The position numbers and the translations under genes were made by a program. Below are positions 10,155 to 20,026 of a DNA stretch of 53,482 nt, piece after piece. Source of the DNA: Sphingorhabdus sp. (GTDB lineage Bacteria > Pseudomonadota > Alphaproteobacteria > Sphingomonadales > Sphingomonadaceae); assembly GCA_049663505.1 (NCBI GenBank), contig JBATDO010000112.1, forward strand, positions 1 through 53,482, given 5' to 3'. Every line of letters begins with the position of its first letter. The first letter of the stretch is position 1. Below the pieces are notes generated by a model. The model was not told where the DNA came from and did not search any database. It saw only the letters and a program-made list of their open reading frames with translations.

Positions 10155-10841
10155 TCAAAACGGTTTGATGTGGCCGAAGAATGCGGTTCCTAAAAGTAGT
10201 GCGTAAACCACCCACACCCACACACGGGTGCGATCCATTGTGCGCCGTAATGGTATTTCTGTTGCATCGGACGAACCTTCGCTGATGAGCGTGCCCAGCA
10301 TCGGGCCTACGGGCTTGAATGCAACGTCGATCATAATCGCTGCCGCGAAAATCAGGCCGAACATCAAAGCTTTTGTAGCCAACCAAAGCGGCGCCAACGG
10401 AGCGCCATTAACCAGAGACACAATGCCGAGTCCGAGATAAAAAATAGTCAAACCAATTTTTAGGACAGATTCGATTTTATTGTCGCGTTTCGCGCGTTCT
10501 GTCTGGTCATGAATATGGGCATCCCAGACCAGCCAGAGCCAAATCCCGCCTATGATCCACGCCAGGCCGATACCCCAGATGGGCAATTCCCACCAGCCAC
10601 CTGCATCGACCATCGTCAATGTAAGCGGTACCATGAGGGCCCACGCAGAGCGAGGAACGATATCGACGTTTACCAGCAGTTGTAGCAAGGCAAGCCTTTG
10701 CGGCAGACTCCATTTTTGCCGTTTGCGAAAATGCTGGCCGAGTATGAAAACCCCGACATCAGCGCCCAACCAGAAAACAAAGAGCAATAAATGGAGGAAA
10801 ACCAATATCTGGTAATAGCCTACGGAAAACTCATCGGTCAT
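10155..10841 (-). CDS. Integral membrane protein, HemJ/DUF2269-like (paralogue 3 of 4)
   Basis: HLLLFVFWLGADVGVF, WLATK, C-terminal KPF; RBS GAGGAG. Confidence 0.8.
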   Translation of the reverse strand: MTDEFSVGYYQILVFLHLLLFVFWLGADVGVFILGQHFRKRQKWSLPQRLALLQLLVNVDIVPRSAWALMVPLTLTMVDAGGWWELPIWGIGLAWIIGGIWLWLVWDAHIHDQTERAKRDNKIESVLKIGLTIFYLGLGIVSLVNGAPLAPLWLATKALMFGLIFAAAIMIDVAFKPVGPMLGTLISEGSSDATEIPLRRTMDRTRVWVWVVYALLLGTAFFGHIKPF

Positions 10842-10937
10842 TTTTCGGCCCTCCTCTGATGCGCGAAAGCAACATGGTTCATGTCATATCTGATCCAACA
10901 TAAATATCCTGTTGCATAAAAAAATATTGCGTGCAAC

Positions 10938-10949
10938 TTGTCCGGACAA
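10938..10949. promoter_or_regulatory. Putative GntR/HutC operator TTGTCCGGACAA
   Basis: Perfect palindrome in the divergent gap upstream of the TonB receptor. Confidence 0.85.
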
Positions 10950-10979
10950 ATTTATTGATTGAATTAGGGAGTGAGATTG

Positions 10980-13505
10980 ATGAAACGGAAAAAAATATGG
11001 TTGAGTGGCGCTGCCTTGTTTGGCCTAATTGCCGCGCACCCAGCATATGCGGCAGAGAACACAGTCGCAGACGGTACGTCTCAAGAGCAAAGTTCAGATG
11101 AGCAGAATGACCAAGAGGGAGGCCTGAACGTAATCGTCGTAACGGCTCAGCGGCGTAGCGAAAATGTGCAAAATATTCCGATTGCGATCAGCGCATTTGA
11201 CTCCGCCGAACTTGAAACGCGCGGTGTTAGCAATGCCCTTGAGGTCACGCAATTTGTTCCCAATTTTGTGGGTATTAACAATACCGGCTTGGGTTCAGCA
11301 AACGCATATTACCTGCGCGGGCTTGGTAACACTGAGTCGATTGCGACGTTCGATCCACCAATCGGAACCTATCTAGATGATATCTATCTGTCACGTCAGA
11401 ACGCCAATAATCTTTCGCTGTTTGACGTTGCCCGTGTCGAAGTACTGCGGGGACCTCAAGGCACACTATTCGGCCGGAACACAACTGGCGGTGCGGTTGC
11501 CGTATTTTTGAAAGAGCCGGAAGATCGTGTGGGTGGATATGGTGAAGTAGGTTACGGTTCCTATCAACAATATACAGCGCGTGGCTCTGTAGATGTGCCG
11601 CTTGCTGACAGCTTTGCAGTCAAGGTTTCTGGTTATTTCCAGAATGACAGGGGCTATGCCAAAAATACGTTTACAGGTGAGAGGCTGAACTACAATGATG
11701 GCTGGGGTGCAAGGCTTGGCCTGCGCGGCGAGTTGTCTGAGAATGCAAGGTGGACCGGATCCTATATTCATACTTTTTCGGATAGTGCAAATCTGGTGAA
11801 TTATGATTGCGATCCGGCTGATCCAACGAATTGTAATGGTCGCTTCATAACGACGGGCCTCACGAAAAATAGTAATTTTGGCGGCCGTTTGGCAGGTGAG
11901 AAAGATGGGTATGGTCTTGGCGTGGACACGACCATGGACTTTGTCTCTTCCAACCTTGAGCTTGGTGATCGTAAGTTCAGCGTTAATATAATTACTGGTT
12001 ATGTTTACACTACACAGGACTATGCGCTTGATTTCGCAGATGGCCGAAATCTGCCTAGCCTCAATGTTCCAAATCCTCCAGTTCTTGGCTATGGAAAAGG
12101 TGGATTTGTCGTTGTAAACGAAGCTGAATTCAGTCAGTTTTCACAAGAAATAAAGGCTAATGTTTCATTAGGCGATGGCTTGCTCGACTTTGTTGCAGGA
12201 GCATATTATTTTGAAGAGAGTAACTACACTGATCTGGCTGATGTTTTCAGTGTAGGCATCCCAACATTAGCAAATCCTAACGCAACGGTTCTTATTCTCG
12301 CCGACCGAACAGTTCGCAACTCCACCAAAGCTTACGCAGGTTATGTTCAGGGCGATTTGAATTTAACAGATCAGATTAAGCTGACTGCTGGTATCAGGTA
12401 TACGGATGAGACTAAGAGGTTTGGCATTTCGGATAACAGGGCGATTTGTAAGTCTGGTATAACAGGCCCCACCTGCCTTGATAATGTCAATCTAATTGCT
12501 CCTAATGGCCGGTTAATACCTCGCGAGCAGAATATTAAAATTTGGACTCCGCGTTTTGCGGTTAACTATCAGGCTAATAATGACCTATTATTATATGCGT
12601 CGGCAACACGCGGGTTTAAATCGGGTGGTTGGAATGCACGCGGTACTGCTGCCAGTGAACTAACTCCATTTGATGCAGAAAAAGCATGGAGCTATGAAGC
12701 GGGCGCCAAAACCGAGCTGTTTGACCGCAGGCTGCGTGTTAATCTGAACGCTTACTGGCTTGACGTCAAAGATCTGCAAACACCGTCCGGATTTGCACGT
12801 GCTAATGGGTCAATCGGATTTGTTACTAGTAACTTTGCTGATTATCGCAACAAAGGTATCGAACTGGAAATTAATGCGGCGCCCGTCGACGATCTTAACA
12901 TTTTTGCTTCAGTGGGTTATCAGAACGATAAATATATCGTTGACCTTAACGACCGTGCGACAAATATTTATGGTGGCCAATCTGTTGGTACGGGTATTGC
13001 ATTATGCCGAGCCCAACTAGCAGCAGGACTTATTCCAGGCGGCGGTGCACTTGAAGCAACCGCGTGCGGGCAAGGTATTGTGACCGCTAACGGAACAGTT
13101 GCATCGCCAACTCGTTCGCCTAAATTCAACGTGTCCGTCGGTGCGAGCTATAAGGCTGATCTGGGCGGAGGGTTGACGCTTACTCCTGCAGTTAACGCTA
13201 ACTGGCTCGATAGGTTAGAGGTGGGTACAAACAACGTTACATTTTACGATGGAAATGTAACAAGTTCGACTGGAGCTACATTCCAAAATAACTTTACTGG
13301 TCAAGGGGCCCGAGTTTCTGGCTCTGCAACCGAAGCGCGATGGCTTGTAAATGGTACCCTGACACTAAGGAGTGACCAGGGCTGGTCGTTGGTTGCGGAG
13401 TGCCGGAATTGCTTTGATAAGGAAACAATCACGTCCACATTAGCAAATGTTGAATATCTCAATGCTCCTCGCTCGTGGTTGGTGAAGGCGCGCTTTGATT
13501 TCTAA
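10980..13505 (+). CDS. TonB-dependent outer-membrane receptor
   Basis: Signal peptide, IVVTAQRRSENVQNIPIAISA, VEVLRGPQGTLFGRNTTGG plug motif, C-terminal Phe. Confidence 0.96.
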   Translation: MKRKKIWLSGAALFGLIAAHPAYAAENTVADGTSQEQSSDEQNDQEGGLNVIVVTAQRRSENVQNIPIAISAFDSAELETRGVSNALEVTQFVPNFVGINNTGLGSANAYYLRGLGNTESIATFDPPIGTYLDDIYLSRQNANNLSLFDVARVEVLRGPQGTLFGRNTTGGAVAVFLKEPEDRVGGYGEVGYGSYQQYTARGSVDVPLADSFAVKVSGYFQNDRGYAKNTFTGERLNYNDGWGARLGLRGELSENARWTGSYIHTFSDSANLVNYDCDPADPTNCNGRFITTGLTKNSNFGGRLAGEKDGYGLGVDTTMDFVSSNLELGDRKFSVNIITGYVYTTQDYALDFADGRNLPSLNVPNPPVLGYGKGGFVVVNEAEFSQFSQEIKANVSLGDGLLDFVAGAYYFEESNYTDLADVFSVGIPTLANPNATVLILADRTVRNSTKAYAGYVQGDLNLTDQIKLTAGIRYTDETKRFGISDNRAICKSGITGPTCLDNVNLIAPNGRLIPREQNIKIWTPRFAVNYQANNDLLLYASATRGFKSGGWNARGTAASELTPFDAEKAWSYEAGAKTELFDRRLRVNLNAYWLDVKDLQTPSGFARANGSIGFVTSNFADYRNKGIELEINAAPVDDLNIFASVGYQNDKYIVDLNDRATNIYGGQSVGTGIALCRAQLAAGLIPGGGALEATACGQGIVTANGTVASPTRSPKFNVSVGASYKADLGGGLTLTPAVNANWLDRLEVGTNNVTFYDGNVTSSTGATFQNNFTGQGARVSGSATEARWLVNGTLTLRSDQGWSLVAECRNCFDKETITSTLANVEYLNAPRSWLVKARFDF

Positions 13506-13517
13506 AAGAATTAAACA

Positions 13518-13562
13518 GAGCGGCCGGACGTTCAATACATATTCGGCCGCTTACTTATTTTT
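13518..13562 (+). terminator. Putative intrinsic terminator or mRNA-stabilising hairpin after the receptor gene
   Basis: AGCGGCCG...CGGCCGCT stem followed by a T-rich tract. Confidence 0.55.
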
Positions 13563-13586
13563 CATCATATCGGAATGTGTAGGCAA

Positions 13587-14891
13587 ATGACGGTACCTGA
13601 AGAAAAGTCTGCCAACGGTACTCCGGGAGAGTTTTCGCTTGGCTGGACAGTTCTATTGGCCGCTCTATTGGGAGTGACTTGCGGAGCGTCTCCCATTCCT
13701 TTTAATCTTATCGCTTTTACGGTCGAGCCACTAAGCGCTGAATTCGGCTGGTCGCGCACGGAGATCATATTCCCTGCCACAATATATGGTTTGATAGCTT
13801 CCTTCTTGGCTCCATTATTCGGCTGGATGGCGGATCGCTGCGGAGTGAGACCTGTTGCCCTGTGGTCTCTATTCGCATTTGGTATTGCGCTTGCGGCCAT
13901 TGCACTGACTCCAACAGGCAATGATCAGACGACTTTATACACTTATTACGGACTTTGGGTCATCATTGGCCTTGTTGGCATCGGCTCTACGCCTGTGACG
14001 TGGAGCAGGGCAATAAACTTGTGGTTTTTCAGGCGTAGAGGGTTGGCTCTAGGCATCATGTTGCTCGGCACTAGCATCGCTGCTCTCATTATCCCGAAGA
14101 TCGCCGTTTGGGCAATTGCTGGATACGGTTGGCGCAATATGTTCGCAATAATGGCGCTACTTCCGTTGCTGGTCGCGCTACCAGTCGCCTATTTTCTTTT
14201 TCGTGAACCGACGCCGGCTGAGCGTCCCAAGGCAATCGGTGATGTTGATGGAAAATTGACCGGCATGACACTGTCCCAGACGATAAAAGGTTACCGATTC
14301 CACGTCATGTGGTTGTCAATTGCAATTGTGGCGGGCTGCTATGCCGGAGCATTTATCAACATGCCGACAATTCTCGCCGACAAGGGCTTGACCGCACACA
14401 CTGCAGCAAGCGTGATGGGCGTTCTTGGTATAGGAATATTGGTCGGGCGTTTGCTCACGGGCGCTCTGCTTGATCACTTTTGGCAGGGATTTGTCGCTTT
14501 CCCCTTATTGTGTCTACCGGCTATTACTTGCGTCATCTTGCTTGGAGATAACGTTAGTTTCACAATGGCAGCGGCCGCTGCGTTTTTCCTTGGTTTTGCT
14601 GCAGGTGCCGAATCCGATCTTATCGCCTATCTGGCGGGTCGATATTTTGGTATGTTGCACTATGGAAAGATATACGGAACGCTCTATATGCCGTTTGGTA
14701 TTGCGTCCGCCTTATCCTCAATTCTTTACGCCTATGTCCGCGATGTCACTGGAAGTTACGACGCCATTTTAATTGTTGCTTTCTTCGGGTTTATCATCGG
14801 CGGTGCATTGCTACTTTTACTTGGGCGCTACCCTGATGATTTTGACGCGTCACCTGAAGTAAAAATAGAAACTTTCCCGTCAAGAGGTTAA
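13587..14891 (+). CDS. MFS transporter (paralogue of 32881..34173)
   Basis: About 12 TM segments; G.MADRCGVR motif A; AGAESDLIAYL. Confidence 0.92.
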   Translation: MTVPEEKSANGTPGEFSLGWTVLLAALLGVTCGASPIPFNLIAFTVEPLSAEFGWSRTEIIFPATIYGLIASFLAPLFGWMADRCGVRPVALWSLFAFGIALAAIALTPTGNDQTTLYTYYGLWVIIGLVGIGSTPVTWSRAINLWFFRRRGLALGIMLLGTSIAALIIPKIAVWAIAGYGWRNMFAIMALLPLLVALPVAYFLFREPTPAERPKAIGDVDGKLTGMTLSQTIKGYRFHVMWLSIAIVAGCYAGAFINMPTILADKGLTAHTAASVMGVLGIGILVGRLLTGALLDHFWQGFVAFPLLCLPAITCVILLGDNVSFTMAAAAAFFLGFAAGAESDLIAYLAGRYFGMLHYGKIYGTLYMPFGIASALSSILYAYVRDVTGSYDAILIVAFFGFIIGGALLLLLGRYPDDFDASPEVKIETFPSRG

Positions 14892-15397
14892 AATTCGAGG
14901 GTAATTGCCGCGTCGGTAACGACCCGCATTCGATTTCACTCAACCATTGAGTCAAGGGGCAGAGACGGTATTTGAAGCATATCTGTCCAGATGGGTATTG
15001 CTAATATTACTTGATGTTTAGAAGCTCTTCACAGGGCTCAATCGCAAGACCGGCACCTCCATTAACCTCACGCTCAATGTCAGCGATGACGACAATGGAC
15101 GATCTGATTCGCTTTTATTCCTGCTCTGACTCAGTGATGTTCGCAGTGCGTGTGCCGAACGGTCATCCCCAGGAGGTTGAAGGAGGTGTCCAGATCGAGT
15201 TGCCAGTCGAGCTCACATAAAAGCGCGGCATCACAGAGGGAGATGCTGCTGCTTTAACAAGCTAAAAAAGCTCGTTGCATCGGCATGTGATACAAAAAGG
15301 ATCGTCAAAAGGGGGTCGAGGGCCCTCTACTTTATCGTTATCTGCGTCTGGATGTTCAAATCTGCTAATAGACCTTGGTTTGCTGCCAATAAAACAA

Positions 15398-15889
15398 TTA
15401 GTCTCTCAAGCGGCCGATATAAGCGATGACCTCTGCTCTTTGTTTACCATCGCGGAGTCCAGCATAAGCCATTTTTGTACCAGGGACGGTTTTCATGGGC
15501 TCCTTTAGAAACGTATCCAAAGTTGCAGCATCCCAAGTTAATCCTGATGATTTCATCGCCGTAGAATAAGTAAAGCCGGTGTGTTGTGCGGCAGGCTTTT
15601 CGGCAACCCCCCAAAGGTTCGGACCCACGCCATTGGGACCGTCCCTTTCGACGCTGTGGCATGTGCGGCATTGTGCGAAGCCAGCGGGAGGAACGGCTGT
15701 GGTTTTCACTCTTTCATCGGTTGAAGCTCCGGTTTCAATATTCCCGGTTTCGGTATTGAGCTGGGTCGCTGAACTGTCTTCAGTTGTTGTCACGCCATCA
15801 ATTTCTTCTGGCCCACTGACGGGCTCTGAGCCACACGCGCTGAGCAAAAGCAACGGAGCTGCGGAATTTATAATCCTTTTCATAGTCAT
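15398..15889 (-). CDS. Cytochrome c2-like class I cytochrome c, lipoprotein-anchored
   Basis: CRTCH haem motif, GPNLWGV, VPGTKM; lipobox LLSAC; RBS AAGGA before 15889. Confidence 0.92.
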   Translation of the reverse strand: MTMKRIINSAAPLLLLSACGSEPVSGPEEIDGVTTTEDSSATQLNTETGNIETGASTDERVKTTAVPPAGFAQCRTCHSVERDGPNGVGPNLWGVAEKPAAQHTGFTYSTAMKSSGLTWDAATLDTFLKEPMKTVPGTKMAYAGLRDGKQRAEVIAYIGRLRD

Positions 15890-15905
15890 TTCCTTTTTTT
15901 CTAAT

Positions 15906-17105
15906 TCACCCTGTCGAATATCCGACAGCGGCGCTTGAAAGTAATTTTTGAATAGCTTCGTCATCATATCCCAGAGCGGTGAGTGTTTCCTGCACGTCTG
16001 CACCTGGTTCAGGCATGGCAAAACTGCTTGCAGGGCGCTTGCCGCCCATGGCAATTGGAAGTGTGGGAAGTTTGGTTTTGGTGCCGTCGGTCAATATTGT
16101 TTCCTCCAGACCATCGCCGCTGTTGAGATGCGGATCATCAAACATATCTTCTGGACGCGCAATCGGCGCGAAGGGAAGGCCAGTGCCCTCGAGTTTTGCA
16201 ATTAACGCATCACGCGTATAACCGCTCATCAGCTCTCGGATTTGCGGCATAATGCGATCGCGCGCCGCCACTCGGTTGTTGTTTTCGCGAATGCTCTCGT
16301 CTGCCCAAAGGTCGTGAAGATTGAAGAGATTACAGAATTTCTTCCACAGCGCGTCTGTGACGACACCAATAAATATCGGGGCATCTTTGGTCTGAAACAC
16401 ATCATAAACCGCCCACGCGGATATGCGAGCGGGCATCGGGGCAGCGGCCTTTCCAGTAACGGCCATTTGCGCCATATGTTGACCTACCAGATAGACAGTA
16501 GTTTCGAAAAGCGAGCTTTGAACCATCTGGCCTTTGCCGGTGCGGTGGCGTTCCTCCAATGCTGCAAGGATAGCGATAACGCCAAACATGCCGCCTGCAA
16601 CGTCGATAACACTGGAGCCGGCTCTTAAGGGCTGTCCTGGTGGTCCAGTCATATAGGCAAGGCCGCCCATCATTTGCGCAACTTCATCGAGCGCCGTGCG
16701 GTCCTCATAGGGGCCAGGGAGAAAACCCTTTTCCGAGCAGTAGATGAGCCGTTCATTGGTTTCGGACAGCTTATCATAGCCAAGACCAAGCCGGTCCAGC
16801 GCTCCGGGCCGGAAATTCTCGATCAATATGTCAGCATTATCCGCAAGTTTGTTAGCAATCTCTAACCCGTTTTGGCTTTTAAGGTTGAGGCAAATGCTTT
16901 TCTTGTGCCGGTTGTACATCGGAAAATAACCGGACCCGGAACCGACCAAACTGCGGGTACGGTCGCCGCCGATCGGTTCGACCCGGATGACCTCTGCGCC
17001 TAAAGAGGCGAGGATGGCTCCGACCGCTGGGCCCATCACCATGTGCGTGAATTCAATGACTTTGAGCCCTGCCAGAGGTGTTGGCGATTCTGTGTTATGG
17101 CTCAC
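15906..17105 (-). CDS. CaiB/BaiF (family III) CoA-transferase
   Basis: PLAGLKVIEF, LGAEVIRVEP.GGD, NRHKKS, ENFRPG. Confidence 0.93.
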   Translation of the reverse strand: MSHNTESPTPLAGLKVIEFTHMVMGPAVGAILASLGAEVIRVEPIGGDRTRSLVGSGSGYFPMYNRHKKSICLNLKSQNGLEIANKLADNADILIENFRPGALDRLGLGYDKLSETNERLIYCSEKGFLPGPYEDRTALDEVAQMMGGLAYMTGPPGQPLRAGSSVIDVAGGMFGVIAILAALEERHRTGKGQMVQSSLFETTVYLVGQHMAQMAVTGKAAAPMPARISAWAVYDVFQTKDAPIFIGVVTDALWKKFCNLFNLHDLWADESIRENNNRVAARDRIMPQIRELMSGYTRDALIAKLEGTGLPFAPIARPEDMFDDPHLNSGDGLEETILTDGTKTKLPTLPIAMGGKRPASSFAMPEPGADVQETLTALGYDDEAIQKLLSSAAVGYSTG

Positions 17106-18034
17106 GCGGGCGCCCCTTCAAATCCAAGTGGCAATCCGGCATCGGGAGTGAAACCATAGAGAGGTTCGCCGGGTAATGCCTTTGCGATAATATCACGGAC
17201 TGTCAGCAATTTTGCCAGATCAATACCGGTGTTAATACCCATCGCCTCAAGCATGAATACCAAATCCTCTGTCACGATATTGCCCGATGCACCTGGCGCA
17301 AAGGGGCATCCGCCCAAACCACCAAGCGAACTGTCAAAGGTAGTAATGCCTTCCTCCAGACCCGCCAGAACATTTGCTAGGCCCAGTCCGCGCGTATTGT
17401 GAAGATGCAACGTGTTGAGCTTGTCACTACCGATTGCAGTTTTGACCGCACGGACAAGCCGCGTAACCTGAGCCGGATTGGCATATCCGGTGGTATCAGA
17501 CAGGCAGACCTCGGCCACGCCTGCTTCCATTGCTGCTTCGGCAAGTCGGACGATCTGGTCGTCAGGAACCGGTCCCTCCATCGTGCACCCAAAGGCAGTG
17601 GACAGGCCGACTTCAAAATGCGGACGCTGGCCCTCTGGTTGTTGAGCTACAAGATCGGCAATCGCCCTGATTTCGGCGAGCATTTCCGAATGGTCCTTGT
17701 GGACGTTGTTGATGGAATGCGTTTCTGACATTGAGAAGGGAATTGACATTTTATTGACACCGCATGCAACGGCGCGCTCGGCTCCCTTCAAGTTGGGGAT
17801 TAGTGCTACGACAACAAGATTCGGGAGGGTTTTTGCAAACTCAACGATCTCCGCCGTATCGGCCATCTGTGGCAGCAGCTTGAGGGGCACGAAGCTGCCG
17901 ACCTCAATCTCCCTGACGCCAGCTAAGGCCTCTGCTTTGATCCACGCCTTTTTGGCTTCGGTAGCCATGACCCGGTTAACGCTTTGCAGCCCATCGCGTG
18001 GTCCAACTTCGCTGATGGTGACGGATTTTTTCAT
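17102..18034 (-). CDS. Hydroxymethylglutaryl-CoA lyase family protein
   Basis: EVGPRDGLQ, HLHNTRG, GLGGCPFAPGASGN; ATGA overlap with the leuD-like gene. Confidence 0.93.
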   Translation of the reverse strand: MKKSVTISEVGPRDGLQSVNRVMATEAKKAWIKAEALAGVREIEVGSFVPLKLLPQMADTAEIVEFAKTLPNLVVVALIPNLKGAERAVACGVNKMSIPFSMSETHSINNVHKDHSEMLAEIRAIADLVAQQPEGQRPHFEVGLSTAFGCTMEGPVPDDQIVRLAEAAMEAGVAEVCLSDTTGYANPAQVTRLVRAVKTAIGSDKLNTLHLHNTRGLGLANVLAGLEEGITTFDSSLGGLGGCPFAPGASGNIVTEDLVFMLEAMGINTGIDLAKLLTVRDIIAKALPGEPLYGFTPDAGLPLGFEGAPA

Positions 18035-18648
18035 ATACTTGTTCCCAGGTAAATCCATGGTCGTGCCGCACGGTCGGCCTGCTGCCAAGCGGCAATGTCA
18101 TCAGCCATTTGCAAACTCAGGTCGATTGCGTCTAGCCCTTCGAGCAGCATGGCTTTGGCTTCCTCGTCAATCGGAAAGGACCAGCTGTCACCGTTCTTGA
18201 TACTTATCGACTGTTCGGCCAAATCGATGGAAACTGAAGCGCCGCTTTCTGCAATTTTAAGGATTTCTTCGGCATCTAGTACAGCTGGAAGAATACCATT
18301 TCGTGTACAGTTGCGCGCAAAGATTGGTGCGAAGCTGGGCGCTAACACTGCGCGAAAGCCATATTCCGCCAGTGCCCAAACGGCATGTTCCCGGCTCGAC
18401 CCGCACCCAAAATTTGCGCCGCCCAATATGATCTGGCTGTTCGCATACTCAGGATCGTTCATGATAAATTTCCGATCCAGCTCCCTTCCGCCAATCTCGG
18501 TGTAGCGCCACCCCGCGAACAGCCCGACTGCAAGTCCTGTCTTGCCCGTGCTCTTCATTTCGCGTGAAGGAATGATCTGGTCGGTATCAATATTGTCCCG
18601 GATTAGAGGCATCGGTAAAGAGGTCAGTGTGGTAAAGGGTTCAGCCAT
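18031..18648 (-). CDS. leuD: 3-isopropylmalate dehydratase small-subunit-like (probably a catabolic hydratase subunit)
   Basis: NIDTDQIIP, NFGCGSSREHAVWAL, SFAPIF. Confidence 0.88.
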   Translation of the reverse strand: MAEPFTTLTSLPMPLIRDNIDTDQIIPSREMKSTGKTGLAVGLFAGWRYTEIGGRELDRKFIMNDPEYANSQIILGGANFGCGSSREHAVWALAEYGFRAVLAPSFAPIFARNCTRNGILPAVLDAEEILKIAESGASVSIDLAEQSISIKNGDSWSFPIDEEAKAMLLEGLDAIDLSLQMADDIAAWQQADRAARPWIYLGTSI

Positions 18649-20026
18649 CGGCGAGTTCTCGCGGATCCGCTATCGCTCCGGCTATTGCACTTGCTACGGC
18701 TGTTTCGGGGCTGGCGATATGAGTTTTGACATTCGGACCTTGGCGGCTTTCGAAATTGCGATTGGTGGTAGAGATAACCCGAGACCTCGCATCAAAACTC
18801 TCGCCGCCCGCATAGAAGCACATGGAGCAGCCGCTTTCGCGCCATTCGAACCCCGCGTCTTTGAAAATTTGATCAATACCTTCGGCTTCCGCTTCACGTT
18901 TGACGCGGGAGGAGCCGGGTACGCAGATGGCTTTCACGCCGTTTGCCACTTTTTTGCCAACAAGTAGTGCAGACGCTTTTCGAAGGTCTGACAATCGGCT
19001 GTTGGTGCAACTGCCAATAAATACAGCGTCTATGGGAACGCCTTTGATCGGTTGGCCCTTCGCAAGCGCTATATATTTCAGTGGCCGCTCTTCAGCATCG
19101 TCGGGCACATTTTCATCTATCCCGATTGTCTGTTCTGGACTTGTGCCCCAACTAACCATCGGAGTGATTTGACTGGCATCAATCTCTATTTCCTGATCGA
19201 AGCCCGCACCAGCATCGCTATTCAAATCTTGCCAGCTGTCGAGCGCATTGTCCCAGTCAACGTCGGTCGGCGCATAGCGACGACCTTTGAGATAATCAAA
19301 TGTCTTGTCATCAGGCGAAATGAAGCCCGCCATGGCGGAAAATTCTGTTGCCATATTGCACAGGGTCATCCGCCCTTCCATGTCGAGTGCCGTTACCGCC
19401 TCTCCTGCAAATTCAACTGCATAGCCCTTGCCGCCCGCTGCACCATACTGAGCGAGCAGGGCGAGGATCATATCTTTCGGCGTCACGCGTCTCGACAGTG
19501 CAGCCGAAAACGTGACGCGCATAGATTTGGGCTTGGCGAGACGGAGCGTCCCAGTGGCAATTGCATGCTCAGCCTCTGAAGAACCGATACCCCAGGCTAA
19601 CGCGCCAAATGCGCCCTGCGTACAGGTGTGGCTGTCTGGCGCTACCAACGTGCAACCAGGCAGGACGATCCCAAGCTCCGGCGATATCACGTGAACGATC
19701 CCTTGATCAGGATCGTTCACGTCAAAAAGCGTTATGCCAGCAGCCTTTGCCGCCGCTCGCGTTTCGGTAATGAACGCCTGGCCGCCAGGCATCAATGTTT
19801 GATCAGTGCGGCCAGGTCGGGTATCGACGATGTGATCGGTCACTGCAAAAACTCTTGATGGATCCACAACCTTGCGGCCCGCCTTGGCCAACGAATTTAA
19901 TGCTGCCGCTCCTGTGCGTTCGTGCAAAAATACCCGATCGATGGCAAGAAGCGTGCCGCCGCTGGGTGTACTAGCGACGACATGGCTGTTCCAGAGCTTG
20001 TCAAAAATGGATTGCGGCTGGCTCAG
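18641..20026 (-). CDS. leuC: 3-isopropylmalate dehydratase large-subunit-like (probably a catabolic hydratase subunit)
   Basis: IFDKLW, QGIVHV, DSHT, FIGSCTNSR, GCSMC, STTNRNF; start uncertain (CTG at 20026 proposed). Confidence 0.88.
   Translation of the reverse strand: MSQPQSIFDKLWNSHVVASTPSGGTLLAIDRVFLHERTGAAALNSLAKAGRKVVDPSRVFAVTDHIVDTRPGRTDQTLMPGGQAFITETRAAAKAAGITLFDVNDPDQGIVHVISPELGIVLPGCTLVAPDSHTCTQGAFGALAWGIGSSEAEHAIATGTLRLAKPKSMRVTFSAALSRRVTPKDMILALLAQYGAAGGKGYAVEFAGEAVTALDMEGRMTLCNMATEFSAMAGFISPDDKTFDYLKGRRYAPTDVDWDNALDSWQDLNSDAGAGFDQEIEIDASQITPMVSWGTSPEQTIGIDENVPDDAEERPLKYIALAKGQPIKGVPIDAVFIGSCTNSRLSDLRKASALLVGKKVANGVKAICVPGSSRVKREAEAEGIDQIFKDAGFEWRESGCSMCFYAGGESFDARSRVISTTNRNFESRQGPNVKTHIASPETAVASAIAGAIADPRELADG

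Noticed and set aside
13398..13415. CxxC (ECRNCF) in the TonB receptor as a c-type haem site
   Set aside because: No His after CxxC; more likely a disulfide.
14892..15397. Intergenic stretch with 69-aa ORF 15011..15220
   Set aside because: No RBS or recognisable motif; possibly a gene remnant but unsupported.
15890..16054. N-terminal extension of the cytochrome c ORF
   Set aside because: Overlaps the CoA-transferase; RBS and lipoprotein signal support 15889.
18031..20026. Housekeeping leucine biosynthesis locus
   Set aside because: No leuA or leuB; embedded in a catabolic operon under the island operator.
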